From Candidatus Arthromitus sp. SFB-rat-Yit (GTDB lineage: Bacteria; Bacillota; Clostridia; Clostridiales; Clostridiaceae): 32,000 bases of DNA. Positions 9,756-18,086 of this stretch are shown here, piece by piece (position 1 is the stretch's first letter; the number at the start of each line of letters is the position of its first letter). The position numbers and the translations under genes are program-made. The DNA lies in assembly GCF_000283555.1 (NCBI RefSeq), contig NC_016012.1, forward strand, positions 120,001 to 152,000, given 5' to 3'. The notes beneath the pieces were generated by a model that worked only from the letters and a program-made list of their open reading frames with translations, searched no databases and had not been told where the DNA came from.

Positions 9756-10118
9756 ATGAAAGCATTATTTTTAGATTATTCTAAGTGAACAAGTGTAAGA
9801 AAGGCCAAGGATTGGCTTGTTAAAAATAATATAGAAGTTGATTTTAGATCTCTTATTTCAAATACTCCAACTAAAGATGAAATTTTAGGTTGGGTATCGA
9901 AGTATAACGTTGATATAAATAAGTTTTTTAATGTCAATGGTAAGATATTTAAGGAAAACAAACTTAAAGATAAGATAAATGATTTGTCACTGGAAGAGCG
10001 TGCAAATATGTTATCAGAAGAGGGAATGCTTATTAAAAGACCTATATATATTGGTGAAGACTTTATATTATTCGGTTTCAAAGAGCAGGAATGGGAGAGT
10101 AATATATTAAAAAAATAA
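9756..10118 (+). CDS. ArsC/Spx/MgsR-family thioredoxin-fold reductase with in-frame UGA at codon 11 (candidate selenoprotein)
   Basis: Not in the ORF track. RBS AGAGGTG, then ATG at 9756. Translation MKALFLDYSK-[TGA]-TSVRKAKDWLVKNNIEVDFRSLISNTPTKDEILGWVSKYNVDINKFFNVNGKIFKENKLKDKINDLSLEERANMLSEEGMLIKRPIYIGEDFILFGFKEQEWESNILKK*. The frame is open for 109 codons after TGA and shows family hallmarks (YxKCxxxxKAKxWL, NPTKxEL, KKFFNxxGxxYKE, MLxxDGMLIKRPI). TGA (9786-9788) replaces the catalytic Cys codon. Confidence 0.8.
9788..9821 (+). promoter_or_regulatory. Candidate bacterial SECIS-like hairpin immediately 3' of the in-frame UGA
   Basis: Upper stem GCCAA(9804-9808)-GGA(9809-9811)-TTGGC(9812-9816), plus lower pairing AACAA(9788-9792)/TTGTT(9817-9821). 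20 nt separate the UGA from the G-starting apical loop. Confidence 0.5.
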
Positions 10119-10150
10119 AGCTATGATTTCATAGCTTTATTTTTGTTTTT
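10117..10150. terminator. Bidirectional terminator
   Basis: AAAGCTATGA-TT-TCATAGCTTT followed by ATTTTTGTTTTTT, with an A-rich run upstream (TTAAAAAAATA) that serves the minus strand. Confidence 0.85.
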
Positions 10151-10766
10151 TGGGAGTAATATCTGAGAATTCAGATATTTTGAAACATTCTCCTGTATTT
10201 TCTATTGATAAGGTTTGCTTTAGGAGTTGAGTATATCCATCCGTATGTAATGATTTATATGTAATTTCATAGTTATAAAGAGTTTTAGATATTTTTTTTG
10301 GTTTAGATATTGTAAAAGATTGTATTATATTTTGATTTTGTTCAATGAACCATGATGGATTATCTTTGAATAAATTCTTAAGCTGATTTTTTAAATTATC
10401 ATTTGAAATTATAAATAATAAAGTTCCATTCTTCTCTTTTATTCCGTTTGCCCAGAGTGTTGCCACTTCATCTTTATTTAATATTTTTACAAAATTTGAA
10501 GATTGTTCCCAAAGGGTATTTCTAAAACTTAAATTCTCAATTATTTTTAGATATATTTTTTTAATGTTTTCAAGTGTTATAAGTGGATCATCAGAGGATT
10601 CAGATTCCTCAACATTTTGTGGTTGATCCATAACTTGAGGAGGTTCTTCAATTATTGAAACCTCACAAGAATTTTTAATTTTCTTTTTGTTAGTTAAAGA
10701 GTATACTGGATTTACATTACACAAAGTATACATAACGATCATAGCAGATAAAATGAGCTTCTTCAT
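10137..10766 (-). CDS. Secreted hypothetical protein
   Basis: Signal peptide MKKLILSAMIVMYTLCNVNPVYS, 209 aa, RBS AGGAGT upstream. Confidence 0.7.
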   Translation of the reverse strand: MKKLILSAMIVMYTLCNVNPVYSLTNKKKIKNSCEVSIIEEPPQVMDQPQNVEESESSDDPLITLENIKKIYLKIIENLSFRNTLWEQSSNFVKILNKDEVATLWANGIKEKNGTLLFIISNDNLKNQLKNLFKDNPSWFIEQNQNIIQSFTISKPKKISKTLYNYEITYKSLHTDGYTQLLKQTLSIENTGECFKISEFSDITPKKQK

Positions 10767-10879
10767 TAATATGTACTCCTTTATAATTATGTTTTAATTT
10801 AGTTTTTCTATAAAATCAATAATTATTCTTTAAAAGATTTTTTTAAAAATAAAAACAACACACCATAAGTATGTTGTTT

Positions 10880-11239
10880 TTATTTACAAAAAGTATTACA
10901 ATAAGTAAAGTTTGAGTTTGCGGCATCACTGCCTATAATATTTATACTTTGGGAGGAGCACATACCTGATTCGTTGAATTTGCAAGCTTTCGCATCGCAC
11001 TCAATTTCTGGATACATAACTATACCAGAGTTTGTAAAAAATTGTTTAATTTCTCCGTTTATATTTAAATTAGATAAGGAGTTTATAGTGTTTTCTAAAT
11101 TTTTTTCTTGAAATGTTGAGCAATGAGTATCTGGAGTTATGGATGCGTTTAATCCACTTATATGAATTTTATTTGCAGTACACATATTATTGGTATAATG
11201 GACGCAATTGTTTGCAGAGCAACTCAGGGAACCATTCAT
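10880..11239 (-). CDS. DUF1540-type Cys-rich protein with two CxxxxC motif repeats
   Basis: LSCSANNCVHYTNNMCTANKIHISG...CSTF and IECDAKACKFNESGMCSSQSINIIG...CNTF are duplicated Cys modules. Confidence 0.85.
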   Translation of the reverse strand: MNGSLSCSANNCVHYTNNMCTANKIHISGLNASITPDTHCSTFQEKNLENTINSLSNLNINGEIKQFFTNSGIVMYPEIECDAKACKFNESGMCSSQSINIIGSDAANSNFTYCNTFCK

Positions 11240-11387
11240 TATATATCACCTCTAATAAAAATATATTTTTTAGTATTATTAACTTATTTTCAAATAATAT
11301 TCTAATTATTATTAACAAAATTAATAATAATCAAACAATTCAATATGTTTAAATAAATAATTATGAATTATAAGGTAGGAGAATTTA

Positions 11388-12236
11388 ATGAGGATCAAGA
11401 CTATATTTTATGAATTATGTATAATATGTTTTGCTTGTTTTTTGATATCTGTAGGGTTAAATTTATTTTTAGCTGATGCTAAACTTGTAAGTGGAGGACT
11501 TACTGGTATAGCTATGCTTATAGAATATATGACAGGTTTAAATTCAGGTATATTATATTTAATTTTAAATCTTCCTTTATTTATTTTGAGTTATTTTAAA
11601 GTTTCATTAAAATTTACTATATATTCCGTGATTGGTACTACTTTATTGTCTACATTTTTATATTTGACAAGTCCGCTCAAATCTGTACTTAATATAAATG
11701 ATGTATTTTTAAGTGGGGTAATTGGAGGAGTTATAACAGCTATTGGGTATTCTCTTATGTTTAGGGTTAGAGCTACAACTGGTGGAATAGACATATTAGC
11801 TGTTATAATAAGGAAGAAAAACCCTGCCAAAAATATTGGAGATATTACATTTACAGTTAATTTAATTATAGTTATAGTTTCTATATTTTTATTGAAAAAT
11901 ATAGCAAATTCACTATACTCCCTAATATCTATGTTTGTTACTTCTACAGTTGTAAATAAGATGATATTTGGATTTAATAAGAAGTATTTAGTACTTATAA
12001 TAACTAAATCTCCTGATCAAATAACTGAGTATATTTTAAATTTTATAAAAAGGGGGGTAACTTCTATAGAAGCTGAGGGATGCTATACAAAAGATAAGCA
12101 GAATATACTTTATACTGTTCTAGATATTAACCAGTATGTAAGTTTGAGAAGAAGGATACACAATTTTGATCCTAATGCATTTTTGTCTGCCATTGAAACA
12201 AAGAGTGTTACGGGTAATGGATTTAATGAGATATAA
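11388..12236 (+). CDS. YitT family membrane protein (DUF161 + DUF2179)
   Basis: GLNLFLADAKLVSGGLTGIAMLIEY, TTGGIDILAVIIRKKNP, C-terminal KGVTSIEAEGCYTKDKQNILYTVL. Confidence 0.9.
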   Translation: MRIKTIFYELCIICFACFLISVGLNLFLADAKLVSGGLTGIAMLIEYMTGLNSGILYLILNLPLFILSYFKVSLKFTIYSVIGTTLLSTFLYLTSPLKSVLNINDVFLSGVIGGVITAIGYSLMFRVRATTGGIDILAVIIRKKNPAKNIGDITFTVNLIIVIVSIFLLKNIANSLYSLISMFVTSTVVNKMIFGFNKKYLVLIITKSPDQITEYILNFIKRGVTSIEAEGCYTKDKQNILYTVLDINQYVSLRRRIHNFDPNAFLSAIETKSVTGNGFNEI

Positions 12237-12374
12237 AACGAAGTTTGTAACGATTTAAAATTATTCTCATATATTAGAATTAAAAAATATTTTATAAGTT
12301 ATGAATATTTTTAAAAAGTATGAGGATGCAAATATAAAATAGTTAAAATATTAGGGCAATGATCAAATATATAG

Positions 12375-12410
12375 AAGATGCTTCCAAATACGGGAGCATC
12401 TTATTTTTTT
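12375..12410 (+). terminator. Rho-independent terminator
   Basis: AAGATGCTTCC(12375-12385)-AAATAC-GGGAGCATCTT(12392-12402) followed by ATTTTTTT. Confidence 0.85.
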
Positions 12411-12461
12411 ATCATGGTTTAGATTTACACATAAATTATTAATTTAAAAGGAGATTTTAAA

Positions 12462-13262
12462 TTGGAAAATAGAGCTGCAACAAATACGAATTTTATATTG
12501 AATTTTATATTGTTTACACAATCTTATAATTTGCCAAATGAGCTTATACTTGATAATACAGGCTTTTATTATGCTTATGATCCATCTAAAACCTTAGTTG
12601 ATAATAGTCTTATCAATTTATCGATTGGTAACGAAGGGGTTTTTATGATACTCAAAGCTTTAAATACAAATAAAACACTTACTATTAATTTATCAAATAC
12701 TTCAACTCAGATAACTAATTATAATTTAAATTATAAATGTTTGGATACTCCATATGGATTTAAATTGTCAGATGTTATAAATAATTTAGGAATGGATTTT
12801 AATGATATTAGTATGAATTTCAAAGATGGGACTGGAGTAGGAGATGCAAATCTATCATTAACTCAAACAGGATTTTTTGTATTAAATGATGGTAATAGAA
12901 CAGTTACATTTAATTTTATTATAGAAAATAATGGAAGCGAGGTTGCAAGAAAAGTATTATTTAAAGACATTTTGCCTGATGGAGTTAGTCTGAAACTTTC
13001 AGGTGTTTATATAAATTCAGTTTATGCGAGTAGTAGTGATGTGAAGCTTAATTCTAAGAGTTTGTTTGTTAAACTTCCTGATATAGAGATTGGAGAAACG
13101 CTTACACTTACAATTGTTTGTGCACTAAATGGTGAACCGTGTAATGAGTTTAACGTTGGAGTTATAAGTTATGTTTCAAAAGTAATTCAAGATGCAACTA
13201 CTGCACAAACAGCTGATATAACAATTAAACAAATTACTAGTAATTCCAAGGAAATACAATAG
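12462..13262 (+). CDS. DUF11-like paralog 1
   Basis: 266 aa; shared blocks NELILDNTG, CLDTPYGFKLSDVINNLG, ARKVLFKDILPDGVSL and FNVGVISYVS. No evident signal peptide. Confidence 0.75.
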   Translation: MENRAATNTNFILNFILFTQSYNLPNELILDNTGFYYAYDPSKTLVDNSLINLSIGNEGVFMILKALNTNKTLTINLSNTSTQITNYNLNYKCLDTPYGFKLSDVINNLGMDFNDISMNFKDGTGVGDANLSLTQTGFFVLNDGNRTVTFNFIIENNGSEVARKVLFKDILPDGVSLKLSGVYINSVYASSSDVKLNSKSLFVKLPDIEIGETLTLTIVCALNGEPCNEFNVGVISYVSKVIQDATTAQTADITIKQITSNSKEIQ

Positions 13263-13391
13263 TTAATAAAGTCATTTATAATTTAGTAACATTTAATAAT
13301 GGATAAACATATATTTAAAATAAAAACTTAATAATTTTATTTTAGTATGTGGGTACGAAAAATAATTAATTTAATTAAAATAATAAATCTT

Positions 13392-13420
13392 AAAGTGCCT
13401 TTGAATTAGGGCACTTTTTT
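13392..13420 (+). terminator. Rho-independent terminator
   Basis: AAAGTGCC...GGCACTTTTTT. Confidence 0.75.
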
Positions 13421-13444
13421 AAAAATTAAAATGGGAGCGATATT

Positions 13445-13609
13445 ATGGATAATAATGTTTTTAAAAGAGTTAATAGAGAGGTATTTGATAATGAGGTTCC
13501 ATTTTCAATATATGAAATTGAAAAAATTATTTTAGGAGATAATTTAAGTTCAAATTTTAGAGGAGGAAATGGAAGTTATTATAAAATAGAGGAAATTTTA
13601 GATAAGTAG
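13445..13609 (+). CDS. Small hypothetical protein (54 aa)
   Basis: RBS-like GGGAG upstream, ATG at 13445. Translation MDNNVFKRVNREVFDNEVPFSIYEIEKIILGDNLSSNFRGGNGSYYKIEEILDK. Below the ORF-track cutoff. Confidence 0.45.
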   Translation: MDNNVFKRVNREVFDNEVPFSIYEIEKIILGDNLSSNFRGGNGSYYKIEEILDK

Positions 13610-13654
13610 AATGATTAAATTAAATTTATAAATTTATGTTATGAGGTTATTAAA

Positions 13655-14557
13655 ATGGAGCAAGATAAGTTAAAAGATATAGATATAAATGAATTTAAGA
13701 ATAATGGTGATTTTAGAGTAAATGCTAATATCACTGATGTAAAACTTGATATTAAGTTGGTTCATCCTTCAAATAATTTTTTTGGAATAAGTAACCAGCT
13801 TATTTTAGATAATTTAGGTAATGTGTATATATTAAAACCTCAAGGTACAAATACTTTGGATAACGGAGCATTTTCTCCTCCGCTTAATATAGAAGGACTT
13901 TTAGTAGATATTAACACGGTTAATGATGATAAAATGTTAGAACTTGATTTAGAAGCATCATCAAGTGATATTTCTGATTTAAATAAATGCATGGATACTC
14001 CATATGGATTTAAGTTATCTCAAGTTATGAATAATATAGGAGATATGAGTACACTTAATATTACAAATGGAACAAATGGAGATGCACAATTAACAGATAC
14101 TATAATTAAAACAGGTGCACGTTTAATTATTAATCAGAGAGCTTTTTCAATAATAAGAGGAAATACAAAATATTTTTTATTTAATTTTAATATTAAAAAT
14201 GTTGGGGAATTCATTGCTCAAAAGGTACTGTTTAAAGATATTATCCCAAATGGTTTAACTTTATGTAATAGAGGGATGTATATTAAAAACAATAATTCTC
14301 AGATGGTTAGAATATCTAGGGATAATTATACAATAAATGGAAGAGAATTATTGTTAACACTTCAAAATATCGATGAAAATGATGTTGTTTCTCTGGTTTT
14401 GGTCTGTTTTGAAAATTCATGTAATGACTCCAAGAATTTTAATGTCGGATGCATAAGTTATGTTTCTTATTATGGAGTTAATGATGAAACAAATACAACT
14501 AGTTCTAGAACTTTAGTTATAAATGATATTAGCAATACTAAAAAAATTTTCGGGTAA
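13655..14557 (+). CDS. DUF11-like paralog 2
   Basis: Shared blocks NQLILDNLG, CMDTPYGFKLSQVMNNIGD, AQKVLFKDIIPNGLTL, FNVGCISYVS. Confidence 0.75.
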   Translation: MEQDKLKDIDINEFKNNGDFRVNANITDVKLDIKLVHPSNNFFGISNQLILDNLGNVYILKPQGTNTLDNGAFSPPLNIEGLLVDINTVNDDKMLELDLEASSSDISDLNKCMDTPYGFKLSQVMNNIGDMSTLNITNGTNGDAQLTDTIIKTGARLIINQRAFSIIRGNTKYFLFNFNIKNVGEFIAQKVLFKDIIPNGLTLCNRGMYIKNNNSQMVRISRDNYTINGRELLLTLQNIDENDVVSLVLVCFENSCNDSKNFNVGCISYVSYYGVNDETNTTSSRTLVINDISNTKKIFG

Positions 14558-14572
14558 AGGAGTAATTCAAAT

Positions 14573-15487
14573 ATGAATGATTTCGTAGAAACTGAATCAG
14601 AGATTACTCCGCATTATTTACAAGGTAATGAAAATTTAAATAATAATACTAATCAAGATAATAAAAAATATGTAATTTATTTGGTTAACAAAGCTCCTGG
14701 TGAAAACTCAGAGATAATTAATGACCTTATTTTAGATAACTGGGGAGATTATTACTATGATTATAGATCTACAGAATTAAACTCAGTAGTTGAACCGCTT
14801 AGGTTTAATTCTAATGGATTTTCATTTATATTATCTTCTTTGAATGATGATAGATATGTAAAAATTAATTTATATAAAACTCATCAAGATAGAAATGAGA
14901 ATTTAATTCCTCCAAGAGATTTAAATAAAAGATATTTATATATTGATATTTCAAATGGATTTAAGCTATCTCAAATTATGAATAATCTCTTAGATATTGA
15001 CCAAATATCTTTAGATGGTAAATTAAATGGAGAAAATTTTGATAATATATCTGAACCAGAACTTACAATAACTCAAAAAATAAATTTAGAACGTTATGAT
15101 TCATTTAATCGTGTAACTTTCATATTTAATATATCAAGTTTGAGTGTTCCAGCTAAAATAGTTTTACCGGCAAGAAGGGTTTTATTTAAGGATATACTTC
15201 CACAGGGTGTTTTATTTAAAGGTGTTCTTTTAAATGGTAAGCATTATGATGATGAATGTATTAATTTAAATGGTCGGAGATTATTCATAAAATTACCCGT
15301 TATAAAAGATGGAGAAAGTATTGAAATTAGCATTGTGTGTTTAATAGATAAAGTAAGAGATACCGGTTTAAATGTAGGTGCATTAACCTACGTTTCTAAT
15401 AATTTATTAAATAAGCAAGATAATACATTAACAACAAATGTTTATACTCTTTTAAGTAATGCATTAAATTTAGAAGATATGATTTAA
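14573..15487 (+). CDS. DUF11-like paralog 3
   Basis: Shared blocks NDLILDNWG, YIDISNGFKLSQIMNNLLD, ARRVLFKDILPQGVLF, LNVGALTYVS. Confidence 0.75.
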   Translation: MNDFVETESEITPHYLQGNENLNNNTNQDNKKYVIYLVNKAPGENSEIINDLILDNWGDYYYDYRSTELNSVVEPLRFNSNGFSFILSSLNDDRYVKINLYKTHQDRNENLIPPRDLNKRYLYIDISNGFKLSQIMNNLLDIDQISLDGKLNGENFDNISEPELTITQKINLERYDSFNRVTFIFNISSLSVPAKIVLPARRVLFKDILPQGVLFKGVLLNGKHYDDECINLNGRRLFIKLPVIKDGESIEISIVCLIDKVRDTGLNVGALTYVSNNLLNKQDNTLTTNVYTLLSNALNLEDMI

Positions 15488-15561
15488 ATTAAGTAACTTT
15501 TTTATTTTATTCTCATATAGTCTAAGTAAGATGGTTTATTATTTTTCTAAGGACGGAGTTT

Positions 15562-16581
15562 ATGGATACGAATAAAATTAATGATATTAATAATGTTATG
15601 AAAATTTGTGATGAATCTTTTGAAATTGAAGGAGATTCGTTTACTTTTTTAAACATTCAAAACATTATGGAAGAAAGTCAAAATTTAAATCATGTTAATT
15701 CAGATGAATGTAGTATATGTTTTGATGTAAATTGTGATTTTAAAGAGGATAAAATTGATGTAAATTGCGATGATTCCAGTTTATTTGAAGATAAAAAATG
15801 TCTTGATATACAAAAATATTTTTTGGAAATAAACTTGAAAAAATCAGGAGAGAATCCTTACAGTATTGCAAACAACTTAATATTAGATAGTTGTGGGAAT
15901 TATAGTTGTGATATTAATCAATTTTTATTAGATGGTATGAAATTTTTTCCAAATATATATAAGAAGGGAATACTTGAAAATATATATTCGATAAATAGTG
16001 ATAGACATTTAGAATTTAGTTTGTGTGATATTTCAAATAATCATGTTGATTTTAAAGATGAGGAGAGGGCGGATACATCTTATGGATTTAAGTTATCTCA
16101 AATCATATCAAATTTAGGAGATTTATCACAAATCGATAAAAATTTAAATATTAACGAACTTGGAGAGATAAAATTCACTCAAAATGCTGTTATATTTAGT
16201 AAATGTAACCGAAAGCATATAATTTTTAGCTTTAAACTTAAAAACGTTGGGAATACTACTTCAAGTAAAATATTATTTAAAGATGTATTTCCAAGAAGTG
16301 TTAATATTTATGAAAATGCCATTTTCGTAAATGGGAAATATATAAATAAAGAAAGTATTAGTATATGCGGAAGAAGAGTTGTTATAAAATTTGATGATCT
16401 TTGTGCAGGTGAGGAAATTGACATTATAATGGTTGGTTCATTTAGAGAAGATTGTGATTCTATAAATTGTGGTGTAATTAGTTACGTTGATGGATTTAAG
16501 GAAAGTAATGGTATTAAGGTAATGAGTATTGTTCAAATTTTAAGTAACATTAAAACCTTGAAATTAAAAGGATGTAATTAA
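15562..16581 (+). CDS. DUF11-like paralog 4 with an acidic/Cys-containing N-terminal extension
   Basis: Shared blocks NNLILDSCG, RADTSYGFKLSQIISNLGD, SSKILFKDVFPRSVNI, INCGVISYVD. About 75 extra N-terminal residues rich in D/E and Cys. Confidence 0.75.
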   Translation: MDTNKINDINNVMKICDESFEIEGDSFTFLNIQNIMEESQNLNHVNSDECSICFDVNCDFKEDKIDVNCDDSSLFEDKKCLDIQKYFLEINLKKSGENPYSIANNLILDSCGNYSCDINQFLLDGMKFFPNIYKKGILENIYSINSDRHLEFSLCDISNNHVDFKDEERADTSYGFKLSQIISNLGDLSQIDKNLNINELGEIKFTQNAVIFSKCNRKHIIFSFKLKNVGNTTSSKILFKDVFPRSVNIYENAIFVNGKYINKESISICGRRVVIKFDDLCAGEEIDIIMVGSFREDCDSINCGVISYVDGFKESNGIKVMSIVQILSNIKTLKLKGCN

Positions 16582-16595
16582 TTACATCCTTTTTT
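16566..16595 (+). terminator. Rho-independent terminator, perfect 28-nt palindrome
   Basis: AAAAGGATGTAATT|AATTACATCCTTTT followed by more Ts. Confidence 0.85.
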
Positions 16596-16766
16596 GTATT
16601 TACATAAAAATATTTTAAACAGGGGAAAATAAATGTAACTAAGTAAATATAACTACTTATTAATATAGTGTGAATAAACTTATTATCAGAATAATTAACC
16701 AATTATTTGAAAATAATAAGTGAGTGTATAAATAGTATCAACTACATTTGTTAGGAGGATATATAC

Positions 16767-18086
16767 ATGATTTTAAAGAGAAATAGTTCTACCTTATTTG
16801 TAGTTTTTTTATTAATTTTTTCAGCTCTTATAGTTTTATTTTTATCGTCTAAAGTAGTTAAAGGTATAAAGTTTAAAAATGAAATAAATGTAAGGGTTTG
16901 TAAAGTTCAATCGGGGAATGTTCAAGAACAAATAGATGTTAAAGTATTTATAAAATCTAAAAATTATAAAGAATATTATGGCAATCAACTGAGGGTTAAA
17001 AAGTTGTATGTTAGGCATGGAGATTATGTTGAGAAGGGGCAAAAACTCCTATCTTTTGATAACAATGATATTATGACTCAGTATACTCAAGCAAAGATAC
17101 AACTTGAGAATGCTATGTTGCAAAAAAATCAGATGATTATAACAAGAGATAATTTTAAAAAACAAAGGATAGCTATACAGGAAGAAATAAATAGACTTAG
17201 GGAGAGTCAAGAAGATAATGAAAGTTTTATTGCAGAGCTTGAGGAATCTTTTGAAGATAAAAAAGCTATTTCTTCAAAAAATAGTTTAACATTATCTGAT
17301 TATAGCGATGAGATTGATAAGCTTGTAAAAGAGAGCGAAGGATTAAGAAAGATTTCATTAGAGCTAGAGAGACAAATGGATAATATACCTGAGATTACAG
17401 ATGATCAAATAAAACTTTTGGATAATGCCATAGTTTTGGCAGAGAGCAGTTTAAAAAATATTTCAGATAAGATTGAAATTTCTAAAGATATAACAGCCGA
17501 TTTTAGTGGAGTTATAACTAGTGTAAAAATAAATGAGGGAAGTTATACTCAACCGGGATCTGTTATATTGGTTCTTCAGGATCTTCAAAATGTAAAAGGA
17601 ATTTCTCTAATTCCACAACAAAATATTTCGAGCGTGAAGATTGGTCAGGAGATTGTGATAAATGACCCTATTGGAGTTTATAATGGGAAAATAATCTCTA
17701 TAAGTGATTTGGCGGTAAATTCTAATAGTTATTTAAATATTGTTAGTGAAGATATGAGGGATAATTATTTGGTTGCTGATATTGAGATATTAAATCCTAA
17801 TGATAAGTTGAAGGTTGATTTTGATTTAAATGGGAAAATAAATTTAGACAACACCACGGATATTTTGAGGATACCTATAGAATGTGTGTTGTACGATGAA
17901 TCTAATACTCCGTATGTTTTTATAGTTAAGAATGATATTGCATATAAAAATACAATATATCCTGGTAGGGTTTTTAATAATTACATAGAGATTGTTGGGG
18001 GATTAACTTTAAATGATAGTATAATTTTAAATCCTCCGAAAAATTTATCTAACAGCTCAAAGGTAAAGGTTGTATCAAATAAATGA
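16767..18086 (+). CDS. MacA/HlyD-like efflux periplasmic-adaptor-type protein
   Basis: N-terminal TM, lipoyl-like half motif (VKKLYVRHGDYVEKGQKLLSFDN), long coiled coil, second half motif (ADFSGVITSVKINEGSYTQPGSVILVLQD), beta-barrel segment. Confidence 0.85.
   Translation: MILKRNSSTLFVVFLLIFSALIVLFLSSKVVKGIKFKNEINVRVCKVQSGNVQEQIDVKVFIKSKNYKEYYGNQLRVKKLYVRHGDYVEKGQKLLSFDNNDIMTQYTQAKIQLENAMLQKNQMIITRDNFKKQRIAIQEEINRLRESQEDNESFIAELEESFEDKKAISSKNSLTLSDYSDEIDKLVKESEGLRKISLELERQMDNIPEITDDQIKLLDNAIVLAESSLKNISDKIEISKDITADFSGVITSVKINEGSYTQPGSVILVLQDLQNVKGISLIPQQNISSVKIGQEIVINDPIGVYNGKIISISDLAVNSNSYLNIVSEDMRDNYLVADIEILNPNDKLKVDFDLNGKINLDNTTDILRIPIECVLYDESNTPYVFIVKNDIAYKNTIYPGRVFNNYIEIVGGLTLNDSIILNPPKNLSNSSKVKVVSNK

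Noticed and set aside
9776-10081. Minus-strand 101-aa ORF in the track
   Set aside because: It is antisense to the TGA-containing ArsC/Spx-like gene, which has an RBS, terminator and clear family motifs. The minus ORF has no family resemblance.
11113-11352. Plus-strand 79-aa ORF
   Set aside because: Antisense to the DUF1540-type gene and running into intergenic AT-rich DNA.
11591-11830. Minus-strand 79-aa ORF
   Set aside because: Antisense to the YitT-family gene.
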